The position numbers and the translations under genes were made by a program. Under the pieces are notes generated by a model. It was not told the DNA's origin and ran no database searches. It saw only the letters and a list, made by a program, of their open reading frames with translations. A stretch of DNA of 62,942 bases, counting the filler, from Ministeria vibrans ATCC 50519 (Eukaryota; Protista; Filasterea): the NCBI GenBank assembly GCA_943704425.1. It is 5 parts of 5 records of this genome, joined end to end, with 100 filler letters (N's around TTAATTAATTAA, not from the genome) between each part and the next. Parts side by side here need not be neighbours in the genome. Positions count along the whole stretch, not along the records: positions 1 to 16,610 come from CALSCP010001783.1; positions 16,711 to 24,819 come from CALSCP010002637.1; 3 more parts are not named here. One strand, given 5' to 3'. Every line of letters starts with the position of its first letter. Position 1 is the first letter of the stretch. Positions 12,253-23,865 of the stretch are shown here, in pieces.

Positions 12253-12724
12253 CAAGCAGAGTAGGCAATGGCTTCGGCGACTGTTCGCTCCGACACACTC
12301 ACGCGCACCTCGGGCTTCTTCTCCTCCTCAAACGTCACGGTTGCCGCTGTTGTCGTCGTAGACGGACCGGCTTCTCCCGCGTCGCCAGTGTCATCATCAC
12401 CTGTCGCCGACGTTTCGCCTTCTGCCACGGTGGCTGTCTCGGGCTCGACCTGCTTCACACTCTCCTCTTCGCTGTTGGTCACCGACAACTTCTCACACAA
12501 CTCAACAAGTTGCTTCGAGTATGCGGCAGCCTAACATTAAAACAGCGTTACGAAACGAGACACACGACTGTTTTCAATGCAACCTTGCGCAAGCGCGACA
12601 GCGAATGGTGTCTCCTGCGCGGATGATCTTCGCTCTCCAGACGCAGCGCCATCGCATAGCTGTACGCTCGCTCCGCTTGCCACAGAAGATAATGCAGCTC
12701 ACGAGACTCGCCAATCATCTCAGG
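12253..12724 (-). CDS. SRP68: SRP68, internal exons of the RNA-binding domain (12584-12724 and 12253-12530)
   Basis: ELHYLLWQAERAYSYAMALRLESEDHPRRRHHSLSRLRK/AAAYSKQLVELCE...ERTVAEAIAYSA(W) matches the SRP68 AERAWSYAM...HLLSRLRKA...EAQAY region. Confidence 0.88.
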
Positions 12725-12871
12725 CTATGAAAAGATAAACACGTCAATAAAACAACGTTTCTCTCTGACTCTCTCTGTCAACCTCACTTCTCATTGACTC
12801 ATCCATGAACTTGAACTTCAATTCTAAAATAATTATTATTGTAATTTTGTTGTTGTTGTTGATTTTTGTAG

Positions 12872-14215
12872 ATTGCTGAAGTTGCTGTGCGAGCGGCAGC
12901 CGAGTCTATTTCGAGTTTGTTTAGCGAAGCGGAATTGGACCAGCTGGAGCGAGAGAAGCGGGAGCATGCGCTGGGCCACGCGGCGAGCATGAAGGCGGCC
13001 AAGCGAGCCATGCGTAACTCGGTGCGCGAGAGTTCGCAGCTGCTGGGTGTCAAACCTGAGGAGTTGGGCATTAACGATAGCATTTTGGAGGAGGCCGATG
13101 ACGACTCGGCGCCACCCCCGCTCGAGGACGACGACGATGACGATGAAGTGATTGCAACGGTGCCGGCCGAGGAAGAGTCCGACACAGTTGGCACTCTGAC
13201 ACCGTCGACCAGCTCGTTGCTCTCCGCTGGCGTCACTTCGACCGGCTCAATGACCAATGTCATCGATGCGAGTACTCCGTCGCGCTCTGACTCGCCCGCT
13301 GCCGCTGCTCCGCCTCCACGAGCGCCAACAGCGCGAACGCCTCGTCCTCCTCCGCCTCCAGCTCCTGGCATGCCTCCGTCGCGTGCCACCATGTACGGTA
13401 TTGGCACATCCGACGTGGCCGACGCGGCCATTCCGCCCGTACCCAGCCGTCCTAAGCGTCCCATCTCGTCGCTGTTGCGTCAAAACGTCCTCGACTTGGA
13501 GCCCACTTCCGACAGTCTTTCTTCTATTGTTGGCGAAGACAGCGTGCTCGACGAGAGCAGCATGACGAACGGCGATGGTGCTGGTAATGATGATGATGAT
13601 GACGACGCGCCTCCACCGCCCCCGCCAGTGCGTGGTCGCTCCACGTCAGTGCGACAGGTCTCCGAAGAGACCGAGGGAGGCGCTCCGTCGGGCCCACCAC
13701 CTGTGCTCCCACCAACGACACGCCGCGGCAACTCACGCGTGATGCAACTCAACGAAGAGGAGGGACGCAGCTCTTCACGTCCCGACGGAAATCTTCCGCC
13801 ACGTCCTCCCAAGCGAGTTCAATCGTGTTCGTCGTCGGATATGGCACTGCGCCAAGCCGCCATGCAAGCGTCAAGGGCAGTTGCAGCCGAGAATGCAGCA
13901 GCAGCATCTGCAGCAGCGTCCACGTCGCCACCCGCCGACGAACCCTCACGACCCACGCCGCCCCCGATTGCACCACGATTGTCGAACACGTCTTTGAGTC
14001 TGACCGGGATCGAGCCGTCAACTTCAACACCGCCCACGACACCCGGTGGCACCCCCAAACCCAAGAAGACGCCGCCCAACCCACCGCCGAAGCCGACTGC
14101 GCGCGCCTTCAGCGTCAAGGTCCCCATCAAACCCACCGAACCCAACGCGCGCCCCAATGTACCGCCCAGGCGGACACCCCAGAAGATGCCCCCCACGGAT
14201 GCGTCGGAGATTTGA
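12872..14215 (+). CDS. Terminal exon of an unknown gene: short helical segment, then an acidic and proline-rich tail with many PxxP motifs; 5' exons not found
   Basis: Acceptor tttgtag at 12871; about 447 open codons with coding-like composition. Confidence 0.7.
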   Translation: MAEVAVRAAAESISSLFSEAELDQLEREKREHALGHAASMKAAKRAMRNSVRESSQLLGVKPEELGINDSILEEADDDSAPPPLEDDDDDDEVIATVPAEEESDTVGTLTPSTSSLLSAGVTSTGSMTNVIDASTPSRSDSPAAAAPPPRAPTARTPRPPPPPAPGMPPSRATMYGIGTSDVADAAIPPVPSRPKRPISSLLRQNVLDLEPTSDSLSSIVGEDSVLDESSMTNGDGAGNDDDDDDAPPPPPPVRGRSTSVRQVSEETEGGAPSGPPPVLPPTTRRGNSRVMQLNEEEGRSSSRPDGNLPPRPPKRVQSCSSSDMALRQAAMQASRAVAAENAAAASAAASTSPPADEPSRPTPPPIAPRLSNTSLSLTGIEPSTSTPPTTPGGTPKPKKTPPNPPPKPTARAFSVKVPIKPTEPNARPNVPPRRTPQKMPPTDASEI

Positions 14216-14520
14216 ACCCAAGGCAGAGAGAGAGAGAGAGTTTGAAAGTTTGAGAGAGAGTTCGAGTTTGAGTTTGAGTTTGAGAGAGAGAGATAGAGAG
14301 AGAAGCAAAGAGGGAGACGAATTTTCCAAAGAAATAAAGAAGTAACCACATTTTATCCGAATAACAAGAATAATTATAATAATAATAAGTTAATAATAAT
14401 AATAATAATAATAAGATAATAATAATAATAATAGTATTACTATTATTATTATTATTATTCAGAGCTGTTTCAGTTTTTTTTTGTAAGTTTTGAAAAACAA
14501 GTACAATAAAAAATCACTGT

Positions 14521-16535
14521 TCATTTCTGATTTGCAGCGTCGTCGTTAAACTCATGCTGCTGTCGCCACATATCAGCATAGCGACCGTTGCGCGCTAGCA
14601 GCTCAAAGTGGCGTCCGCGCTCCACAATGCGTCCACTGTCCATCACGAAGATCTCGTCACAATCAACCACAGTACTCAAACGATGTGCAATCATGAGAGT
14701 GGTGCGTCCTTGCGAGATCTATTGGGTGCAAACGTGAGTAAGTGAATTTGTGGTGTGGAAGAATTGTTTTACTTTGCGAAGTGCTTGAAGAATGTTGGAC
14801 TCGGTTTGAGAGTCGAGACTCGACGTTGCCTCGTCGCACAGAAGAATCTACAAGAAAGACATTGAGACAAAGCAAAGCGCGGCTGAACAAAAAAGAGCAA
14901 GAGAAAAGCGTACCGAAGGGTTCTTGAGGACAGCGCGGGCAATCTTGTTCGAGAGAGAATAAAAAGATCGAGCGTTAGTAAAATAAGAGTGGCGATGCGG
15001 GTGTGATCAACTTACGGCGATGCGTTGCTTCTCGCCACCCGACACTTTAAGACCACGCTCGCCCACGAGGGTGTTGTAGCCGTTGGGCATGCGGAGAATG
15101 ACGTCGTGGATGTCGGCGATGCGGGCGGCGGCAAAGACGTCGTCGTCGGATGCGCCAATGCGACCGTAGCGGATGTTGTACATGATGGTCTCATTGAAGA
15201 GCATAGTGTCCTGCGGGATGACGCCGATGTGAGCGCGCAGCGACTCGACGGGTGCTGACTGAATGTCGCGGTTGTCAATGGTGATGCGGCCCTCGAGCGG
15301 GTCGTAGAAGCGGTAGAGGAGACGCAACAGCGTTGACTTGCCACAGCCCGAGGGCCCGACGACGGCGACGCGCGAGCCACTGGCGATAGCTAGGTCCAGC
15401 TGCTTGACAACGGTGTGACCGTCGGTGTAGCCAAAAGCAACGTCGTGGAAAACAATGGGCGCGCCCATGGCTGGCAGGGCAAGAGGCGGGGCGTCCGGGG
15501 GCGACACGATGGAGCTGTTGACGGCAAGAAGGCCGAACATGGCGTGCATGTCGATGAGCGACTGACGCACTTCACGGTACACGGTGCCAAGAAAGTTAAG
15601 TGGGAAGCTTAGCTGAAAGAGCAGACCATTGACCATGACCAGATCGCCGACGCTCATGGTCCCAGCGGCAATTTCGCGCGACGCCAGCACCATGATGCCC
15701 GCCAGTGACAGCGAGAACACCGCAGACTGGCCCCAGTTGAGGGCGGCAAGACTGTAGGTAGTGCGCAGTGTTGCACCCTCAAACTCAGCCAGTTTCTAAT
15801 TGAGAGTGAGTGAGAGTCGAGTCGATACAATGAAGAGTGTAGTCACCTCGTCGTAGCGCGCTGTCTCGAAGCGTTCGTTTCCAAAGTACTTGACTGTCTC
15901 GTAGTTGAGGAGCGAGTCGAGTGCGCGCGCACCCGCCGCATTGTCAGCCTTGTTCATTTCGGTGCGGATCTTGATGCGCCACTGCGTCACAGCAAGCGTA
16001 AAGACCGAGTAGGCAGCGACACAACCGACCGTCACCAATGCGTAGATGGACCCAAACTGGTAAGAGAGAATGCCGCTCACGAGCGACAGCTCAAAGATGG
16101 TCGGCACAATGTTGAAGATCATCGAGTTGAGCACAAAATTGATTCCGCTGCATACCGTGGCGTAGAGATATATACAAAAAAAAATAATAATAAAGCAAAG
16201 TAAATTTTTGTGCAACTTGAGGGTATAGCTAGCTCTGATTTTACCGTCCACCGCGATCAATTGCTTTGGAGAGGGCGCCTGTCTGGCGGTTCAGATGGAA
16301 GGGCAGGTCGAGTTGGTGGAGGTGGTAGAAGGTACGCCGAGAGAGTGAGCGGATGCCTGTCTGGGCGACCTTGGCAAAGACGACAGTGCGAAGTTCTTGG
16401 AAGAGCGACGAGCCAAGGCGAGCGGCGCCGTAGCCCACAAGAATGGCAAAGGCAGCCGCAGACACGGCCGCAATGTTCTCTTCGGTGATCGGCACATTGA
16501 GTGTATCCACAGCATACTTGAAGAGGATGGGAACC
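14521..16535 (-). CDS. ABCB7: Mitochondrial ABC half-transporter ABCB7/ATM1; 5' end lost at gap
   Basis: [50 protein letters not shown], Walker [10 protein letters not shown], signature VSGGEKQR, Walker [18 protein letters not shown]. Confidence 0.95.
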
Positions 16536-16610
16536 TAGAGGCAAGAGGGATGACACTGACGGCGGCGGCATGGACAGGATGGTCTTCTTGGTAGTCTTCG
16601 ATGTGCGCTG

Positions 16611-16710
16611 NNNNNNNNNNNNNNNNNNNNNNNNNNNNNNNNNNNNNNNNNNNNTTAATTAATTAANNNNNNNNNNNNNNNNNNNNNNNNNNNNNNNNNN
16701 NNNNNNNNNN
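16611..16710. other. Artificial scaffold spacer (N44-TTAATTAATTAA-N44)
   Basis: All-frame-stop linker; genes are truncated on both sides. Confidence 0.97.
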
Positions 16711-16754
<44 letters not shown>

Positions 16755-16859
16755 TGTGTGTGTGTGTGTGTGTGAGAGAGTGTGTGCATAAGTATATATA
16801 TATATATATATATATATTAAGTATATATGTGTGTGCGTCTCTCTGTGCTCTTTTTATAC

Positions 16860-17047
16860 GTTTGAGGTCACGATGGATGATTTCGTGTGCGTGAAGGTAG
16901 TGCAGCCCATTGATCATTTGCTTGACATAACATTTGATTTGTGGCTCAGACATGACTACATTCTCAAGCAAACCCGCCAAGTCATGATCCATAAACTCAA
17001 CCACAATGTACGTATCGCCTTTCAGTCGGTTCTGGTCAGAAGCTGCG

Positions 17048-17081
<34 letters not shown>

Positions 17082-17551
17082 GAAGAGTGAGCAAGTTCAA
17101 AGAATTGCTCATTGCGAACGACTGACCGCGTGAATAGCAGATCTCAAGGACGCAGAGGACGTTTTCATGCTTGAGTTGACTGAGAATCTTGATTTCGCGC
17201 AGGGAGGTCAAGGGGAACTGCGCGAGAGGAGCAAGGGAGAGAAAAGTGAGAACCGCCCAGAAAACGGAATGCGCTCCGCTTGCGCCTTTGCCACTATCAT
17301 ACCCCTTCCTTTTCGCGCTCCATCTTGAGCCGCTTTAATGCTACCGTCTTTTCCGTGGTCGGGCACACCGCTTTGAACACCTCGCTACGAGAAAAAGTCG
17401 ATTGAGAAGATGAAGAGCTGACGAAAAAAAAAAAAAAAGACGAAATTCGATTGTACCCAAAAGTGCCGTCGCCAACCTTGCTTCCCGTCCTGTACTTCGT
17501 GACATCCGCACAAAACAAGTAGGGACGCGTTGACGGAGAGTACGTCGACAT
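16860..17551 (-). CDS. Cyclin-dependent kinase, CDK9/Bur1-like; N-terminal half, rest lost at gap
   Basis: [56 protein letters not shown]. Confidence 0.85.
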
Positions 17552-17691
17552 TGCAAAAAGGATTAACATCACAACATCAATCAATCGATATTCGTCTCAG
17601 TCTCAGATCACAAATCAAGTCAAAAACTCAAGTCTCAAGACTCAAACTCAAAAGTCACAAATCAAAATATTTTCGTTGCTTTGGTACAAAC

Positions 17692-19269
17692 ATGTCGAGC
17701 ATTGGAACAGGCTACGATCTGTCGGCAACGACGTTTTCTCCGGACGGACGAGTCTTTCAAGTGGAATACGCAATGAAAGCAGTCGAAAACAGTGGGTACG
17801 TAGTGCATGGCCCGCTTGTGTGTGCCCATGGGCTCCTATTGTTGAGCTGGCACGGGGGCTGGGCGACGCGGCGATGCCAGAAAACTCTCTTTGTTTGAGA
17901 TCATTTTGAGGATTTTCTCAACGAATTGTTTCTCGTTGACAAAACCTGTGTGTCTATAAGCCACTGTTTGTATCCGTGTGCGTCGTCGGCGTGTGTCTGC
18001 ATGCTCTGGGTGCTTGAAAGGGTGGGGTTTCTCGTTGGCTATTGGGTTTGTTCGTTGTGTCCTGTCTCGTTCGTGAACAATGGCCTTCCTTTCCCTTTTG
18101 CCCTTCTCGCTCCTCCTTATGAGTTCCCTGGCGACCTCAATCAGTTGGAATGGACCCATTGCCGTCTATTGGTGCTGTAGGATTGGGGCGTGTGAATAGA
18201 GCAATTGCGAGTGATGAGACGATTTTCCTTCTTTGAAACTCAGATTATGATTTTTTTCTCTTCTGTTTCGGGTTTACAGCACTGCAGTGGGATTACGGTG
18301 CAAGGACGGGGTCGTGTTGGGCGTAGAAAAGCTCATCATGTCTAAGCTGTACGAAAAGGACAGCGGGCGACGGCTATTTACGGTGGATGGGCACGTTGGA
18401 ATGGCGTGCGCCGGATTCATCGCAGACGGCCGACAGATTGTGAACCGCGCCCGGTCCGAGGCATCAAATTATAAGACCAACTTTGGCGGACAGATCCCAG
18501 CGAAGGTAGGCATGTGTATGTGTATGTGTGTATATATATAATTATATATAATTATATATATAAATTATATATATTATTGTAATTAAATTATGTATATGTG
18601 TGTTGTGTGAGAGAACAAAGTGATAGAGAAAGAAACAAAGTAATGGGAAAAGAGAGACTCTAGTGAGAGGAAGAGATGATTTTGGGAGATCGAGGAGATC
18701 AATAAGAATACTTATGAAAAATTTTGCAGGTGTTGGCTAAACGAGTGTCAAGCTTTGTTCACCTGTACACTTTGTACTCGCAATTGCGTCCGTTTGGCAA
18801 CTGCATGTTGTTGGCAGCACACGAGAGTGACGGACCACAGCTGTTTATGGTTGAGCCATCTGGGATTTCATGGGTTAGAAAAAGGGAGAAAAGCAGCACA
18901 TCCAAACTTTTAATTATTATTATTCTTGATGACTGTAGGGGTACCGAGGATGTGCCGTGGGCAAGGGCAAGTCGAATGCCAAGACGGAGATTGAGAAGCT
19001 GAAGCTGGAGGAGATGACAGTGCAAGAGGGCGTGCGTGAGGTGGCGCGCATTATCCACTCGGTACAGTTCAGAGGGAGAGTTGCAAAGTGGAGCTCACGG
19101 TGACACAATTTAGGTTCACGATGATGTCAAGGACAAACCGTTTCGTCTGGAAATGTCGTGGGCGAGTGAGGCGACGCATGGGAAGCATGTCCCTGTGCCT
19201 GCGGCGGTCATTGCCGAGGCAGAGGAGTATGCCAAGGCGGCTCTGGAGAGCGATGATGAGGATGATTAA
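17692..19269 (+). CDS. PSMA3: 20S proteasome subunit alpha type 3 (alpha7/PRE10)
   Basis: [60 protein letters not shown], acidic C-terminus ESDDEDD*. Confidence 0.95.
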
Positions 19270-19743
19270 GTGTGATGTGCGAGAGAAAGAGAGACGGGGG
19301 GTTTTTTTTATTGAAATAGAACTTCGTATTGGATCATATCCTGAGCTTTGTAAGGGCAACATTGACCTGGTCCAGGTCTAAGGAGTGTCGAATGCGGGAA
19401 CGAGCGGTTATTGGTATATCAAGGAACGTGAGGCGGGTTAGGGTTAATTCGAAGAGGCTCACATACCTGCAAGACAGCCAGGTCAGCAGAACACCGAATC
19501 GCTTCATGAACGACGGTCATGGTCAGTGGGATAATATTTAAAGTACATTCTGTTTTACTTAATCCGCTCTGTTATGAGACTGCGTCCGGTTACCACACAC
19601 TCCTGTGGCACTCACGTCCCCTCTTCATCTTGCTTACTTTTCCGCCTCCTTCAGTTACACTCATGATTCTACAGCAATCAACACACCAGAGCTTGTTCAA
19701 ACAACCCTAAGGTATTCTGATGAAGAATAGCACGGACAAAGTT

Positions 19744-22452
19744 TTATTTGGGAATAATGCCTTGACGACGGGCCTCAGTCTCATACACGAGCAGACGCCA
19801 GAGGGACAGCACGAAGGCTTCTGCGTCATTCTCAAGCACCACTGCCACTTCTTTGATCATTGTGTCGGGCGTCGCTCGTTCCATAACCTGAGAGAGAGAA
19901 AAAAAAATAAAAAGAGAGATTTCGCGAAAGCGATATTGAGTGGCATCGGATTTAAAATCAGTTATTTTATTGTGATACCTTTTTGCAAATGTAATCGACC
20001 AACGTGCGTTCTTCCTCTCCCAAATACGAAATGAGCTTCTTGTTGATCCACGGCGACAGACGAGTCATAATGAACACCTGAGAGAAAAAAAAAACAAAAA
20101 AAGAAATGTTACTTTGTTGACTTTGCACTCTCGTTGACTGACTTTAAATCAATCTCTCTCACTCCCCCCTTCTCTCAATCTTTTTATCTTCACAAACTTA
20201 CCCTATCAACCAAAACCCATTCCATTGGAAACGCAAACAGTTTCTGCCGGTCGGTGGGAATAGTCGCGATGAGCTCCGCAATGCGCTTCTTTTTCTCCTG
20301 CGCCGCCTTGGCCTCCTGTTCGCGCGGGTCAATCCCCACTGCCCGCATTTCATCGTCCGTATACTGCAGTGGAATCAGTTTGCGTCGCTGCCACAAAACA
20401 AAATATTAGTAAAAGTGTAACTGATTTTTTTTCCTCCTCGTATTCTTCTTACCTTGGCTTCTGACTCTGCTGAGTCCTGATCCGCATCAAACGCACGCAC
20501 AACACCACCGCCACCCACAATCGCATTGCCGCTCCCAGTCACACTCGTACTATTACTATTGTTATTCGTCGTATGTTCTGCTGGTGTCGTCTCTTTCATC
20601 CGCAGTTGCTCGGATGCATTCTTGATCGACTGCGCAGCCTCCCGTTCGCGCTCTTCCCGCTCTCTCTGCTCTGCCTCAACCCGTTCGCGCTCTCTGCGCT
20701 GCGCCAACTGCTCCATTTCCTTACGCGCCTCTTCCTCTTGCTGTTCACGCAGTCGATCGCGTGCGTCACTCTCACTCTCCAGCTCAAATTGTCGCCTGCG
20801 ACGTGCCAGTGAGCTCGACGAGTAGTACCGCCCGTCGTCACGCTCATCATCGTATTCCTCTAGAAACACCCGCATGCGCTCCCGCTCCTTCTCCGTCTGC
20901 CGCTCCTCTTCCTCCTTCCGCGCCAAAAACCGCCCATAGTCCCTCTCCACATCCCGCTCGCGTCCCTCCCACTTGCGCTCCCGCACCTTCAACTCCCGAT
21001 CCAGTGCCTCGCGTGCCTTAGCCTCGTGCTCGGCCCGCGCACGCGCCGCCTTGCTCTCTCGCACCCCTTTGGGCTCGTACCGCGGCCGTTCACCAAGCAC
21101 CGCCGACGTCTCCTTGGCATTGCGGTCGCGAAAGTGTCGCAGTTGGTCAAAGATGACGGTTGCCTTGCTCTCCTCCAGCACCAGTCCTTCCTTCAACAAC
21201 TCCTCCGCATCCCGCTCCTGCTCACTCCCCACCGGTCCTAGAGCTGCTGCCCGTGCGGCCGCCGCCATCACCGCCGTGTCCATCTTGCGTGGCGCTGCAC
21301 TCTCCGCACTCTTTTGGGCGTCCAGTTCTTGCTGCTCCTCCTCCGTCGGCTCAATGTACTCCCCAAACTCTCCTGCAATGCGCGACTTCATCTCCGCCAC
21401 AAGATCCTCGTCGGGACGGATCTCGGTGCCGTCCGGGTGAACCTTGACCTAACACAAGAATACACCGGTCCGTTGAGCTTCTTTTCGTTTCGCTACTCTC
21501 CATCTCTCTCTCTCCACGACATGTGTACCTTCTCAATGTCTGGTTTCGCCTCTTCCTTCTCAAGGTATTCGTCGAGAGCCGTGCGGGTCTTGGCATCCAC
21601 CTTGAGTGTCATGGGTTTGCCGCCAAGACGGAGTCCGTTGATGAGGCGGAGCGCCCGTTGCGTGACATCGGGACTGTACAGTTCGGCAAAGCCAAAGGTC
21701 TTGTTAGCGCGCTTGAACGAGAGAATGACGCCGCAGAGCGCAAAGAGCGATCGGATCAGATGATCCGACGTGTCCGTATGCAGGTTTCCGACAAAGACGG
21801 TCATGGCTTGCGTCGGGGGCGGCAGACGGACGGGACCGCCTGGCGGACGCGGTGCAAATGTGGTCGGCATTGCTGTGACTGTCCCTGCGCCTGGAGGGCG
21901 CATCATGAGCGGCGGACGCGCGCCTGACATGGGTGGAGGAGGGAACGCCCCACCGGGCATGGGTGGTTGCATTGGCGGGGCGCCTAAGCGAGAGAGGGAG
22001 TGAGACAGAGACAGAGACAGAGAGAGAGTGTGTGTGTGTGTTAGAGAGTGTGTCGTGTGTGTGTGTGTGTCTGTGTGAGAGGAGATATGAAAAGAGACTG
22101 CATCGTGACAGGGACTTGTTGAGTCGCAAGGTAGGCGAGGACACGTGCATTGCCCAGGGTAGTACGGGGATTGAAATGCGAAAAGCACAAGAAACGTCGA
22201 AACGATCAAAATCAGATTTTTGCTTGAAAAAGCGACAAGTGACGCAAAGCAGGAGGAGGAGAGAGCAAGAAAGGGACTGAGAGTGTGCATGTGGGTGTGT
22301 GGAGGGCGACTGGGAGGGCGTGTGCGTGCGGGGAAGGGCGTACCGGGAAACGAAGGACGCATGAAGTGCGGAGGCGGCGGTGCGCCACCGGGAAAGCCTG
22401 GACGGGGCGGAAACCCACCAAACCCTGGGGGAGGTGGACCGTAATGAGACAT
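19744..22452 (-). CDS. RBM25: RBM25/Snu71-like splicing factor (Pro-rich, RRM, RE-rich, PWI)
   Basis: RRM TVFVGNL...FGFAE...RALRLINGL; FLEEYDDERDD; PWI IPTDRQKLFAFPMEW, PWINKKLISYLGEEE, FVLSLWRLLVYETEA. Confidence 0.9.
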
Positions 22453-22717
22453 GACAAATGTTTTATTTTTTATTTTTATATTATTATGTTCAATCTCAAA
22501 AAATTGATCGTTGGGATTTCAAGCAAATACACCACTCACTCGGAATCGAAGACGCTCGCCAATCCAGCCATAAGCCGGGTCTTAGAAGTCAGGAGTCAGG
22601 TCTACCGGGAGGACTGGGCCACAGGGAATCGAACGAGAGCAGAGAACTATATAGAACCGATCAGTCTTCAAATAATACAATAATACCAAAATACCAATAA
22701 TATTAATAAAAACAAAA

Positions 22718-23803
22718 ATGAGATTCTGTGTGATAATCTGTGCTGTTGCGATCGCGGGAGTGTGTGCATCGCCGTCTCGCTACAACCGCACGCCGTGCTA
22801 CACGCCGTCCAGCCCGCCCATTCCCAGCCACATCACCCAGCCACTCCCGCAGGACTATGTCAGCGCCGTCCCGCCCGCCTGGGACTGGCGTAACGTCAAC
22901 GGCACCAACTTTGCAACGACGACGCGAAACCAGTACGCACGAAGGACCTTTTGGTGTTGTTTTGTTTTTTGTTGTTATTGTTTGTTTGTTTTCAATGCTC
23001 TCTCCACAATCGTACAGGCACATTCCTCAGTACTGTGGCTCTTGCTGGGTAAGTTCATGGCCATGGCACCCTGGTGCACCCAATGAACACTCGTCTTCGT
23101 CGCGTGCAGGCGTGTGGTTCGACGTCGGCCGTTGCCGATCGCTTTGCCATCAAACACAACGCACAGTGGCCGCTGCCCTACCTCTCTGTCCAGCACGTCA
23201 TTGACTGTGCCGACGCTGGTAGCTGCCAGGGGGGAGACCACATGGCGGTGCTTAAGGTAACACTTTCTTTGACGAGCCTGATCTGTTAGTGTTGAGCCGC
23301 ACTACTCGACATAGTACGCTCACGACCACGGACTCGTGGACGAGACGTGCAACAACTACCAGGCCATCAACCAGGAGTGCAACACACAGAACCAATGCGG
23401 CACGTGTGAGCCGGGTGGCGCTTGTCACCCAGTCACCAACTACAAGCGGTACAAGATCGGCGACTACGGCCGCGTTCAAGGACGCGAGAACATGATGAAG
23501 GAAATTTACGCGCGTGGGCCCATCTCGTGCGGCATCGACGCAACCAGCGGTCTCGACGCCTTTGACGGCAATGGCATCTACAGCGAGTACAAACCGTCGC
23601 CCAGCATCAACCACATCATCTCGGTCGCGGGCTTTGGCGTTGAAAACTCAACCGAGTTCTGGATTGTGCGCAACTCGTGGGGCACTCCATATGCCAACTC
23701 GGGTTGGTTTAAGATTGTCACGTCCAAGGACAAGGGCGGCAAGGGAAGCGAATACAACCTGGGAATCGAGACCGACTGTGCCTTTGGAGTGCCCATTGAA
23801 TAA
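22718..23803 (+). CDS. CTSZ: Cathepsin Z/X (papain family C1A)
   Basis: Signal peptide and short propeptide; [19 protein letters not shown] (CTSZ-specific HIP mini-loop), [13 protein letters not shown]. Confidence 0.92.
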
Positions 23804-23865
23804 AGAAAAATTGGAAAGTGGAAACTGCAATACAGCAAAACAAATTGAAAGTGAAAGAATAGTGT

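Noticed and set aside
16655-16666. TTAATTAATTAA repeated four times in the window as a possible piggyBac TTAA site or biological motif
   Set aside because: Always centred in exactly 44+44 Ns, so it is an assembly linker.
18205-18255. Possible C/D-box snoRNA in PSMA3 intron 1 (GTGATGA)
   Set aside because: No convincing CTGA D box or terminal stem.
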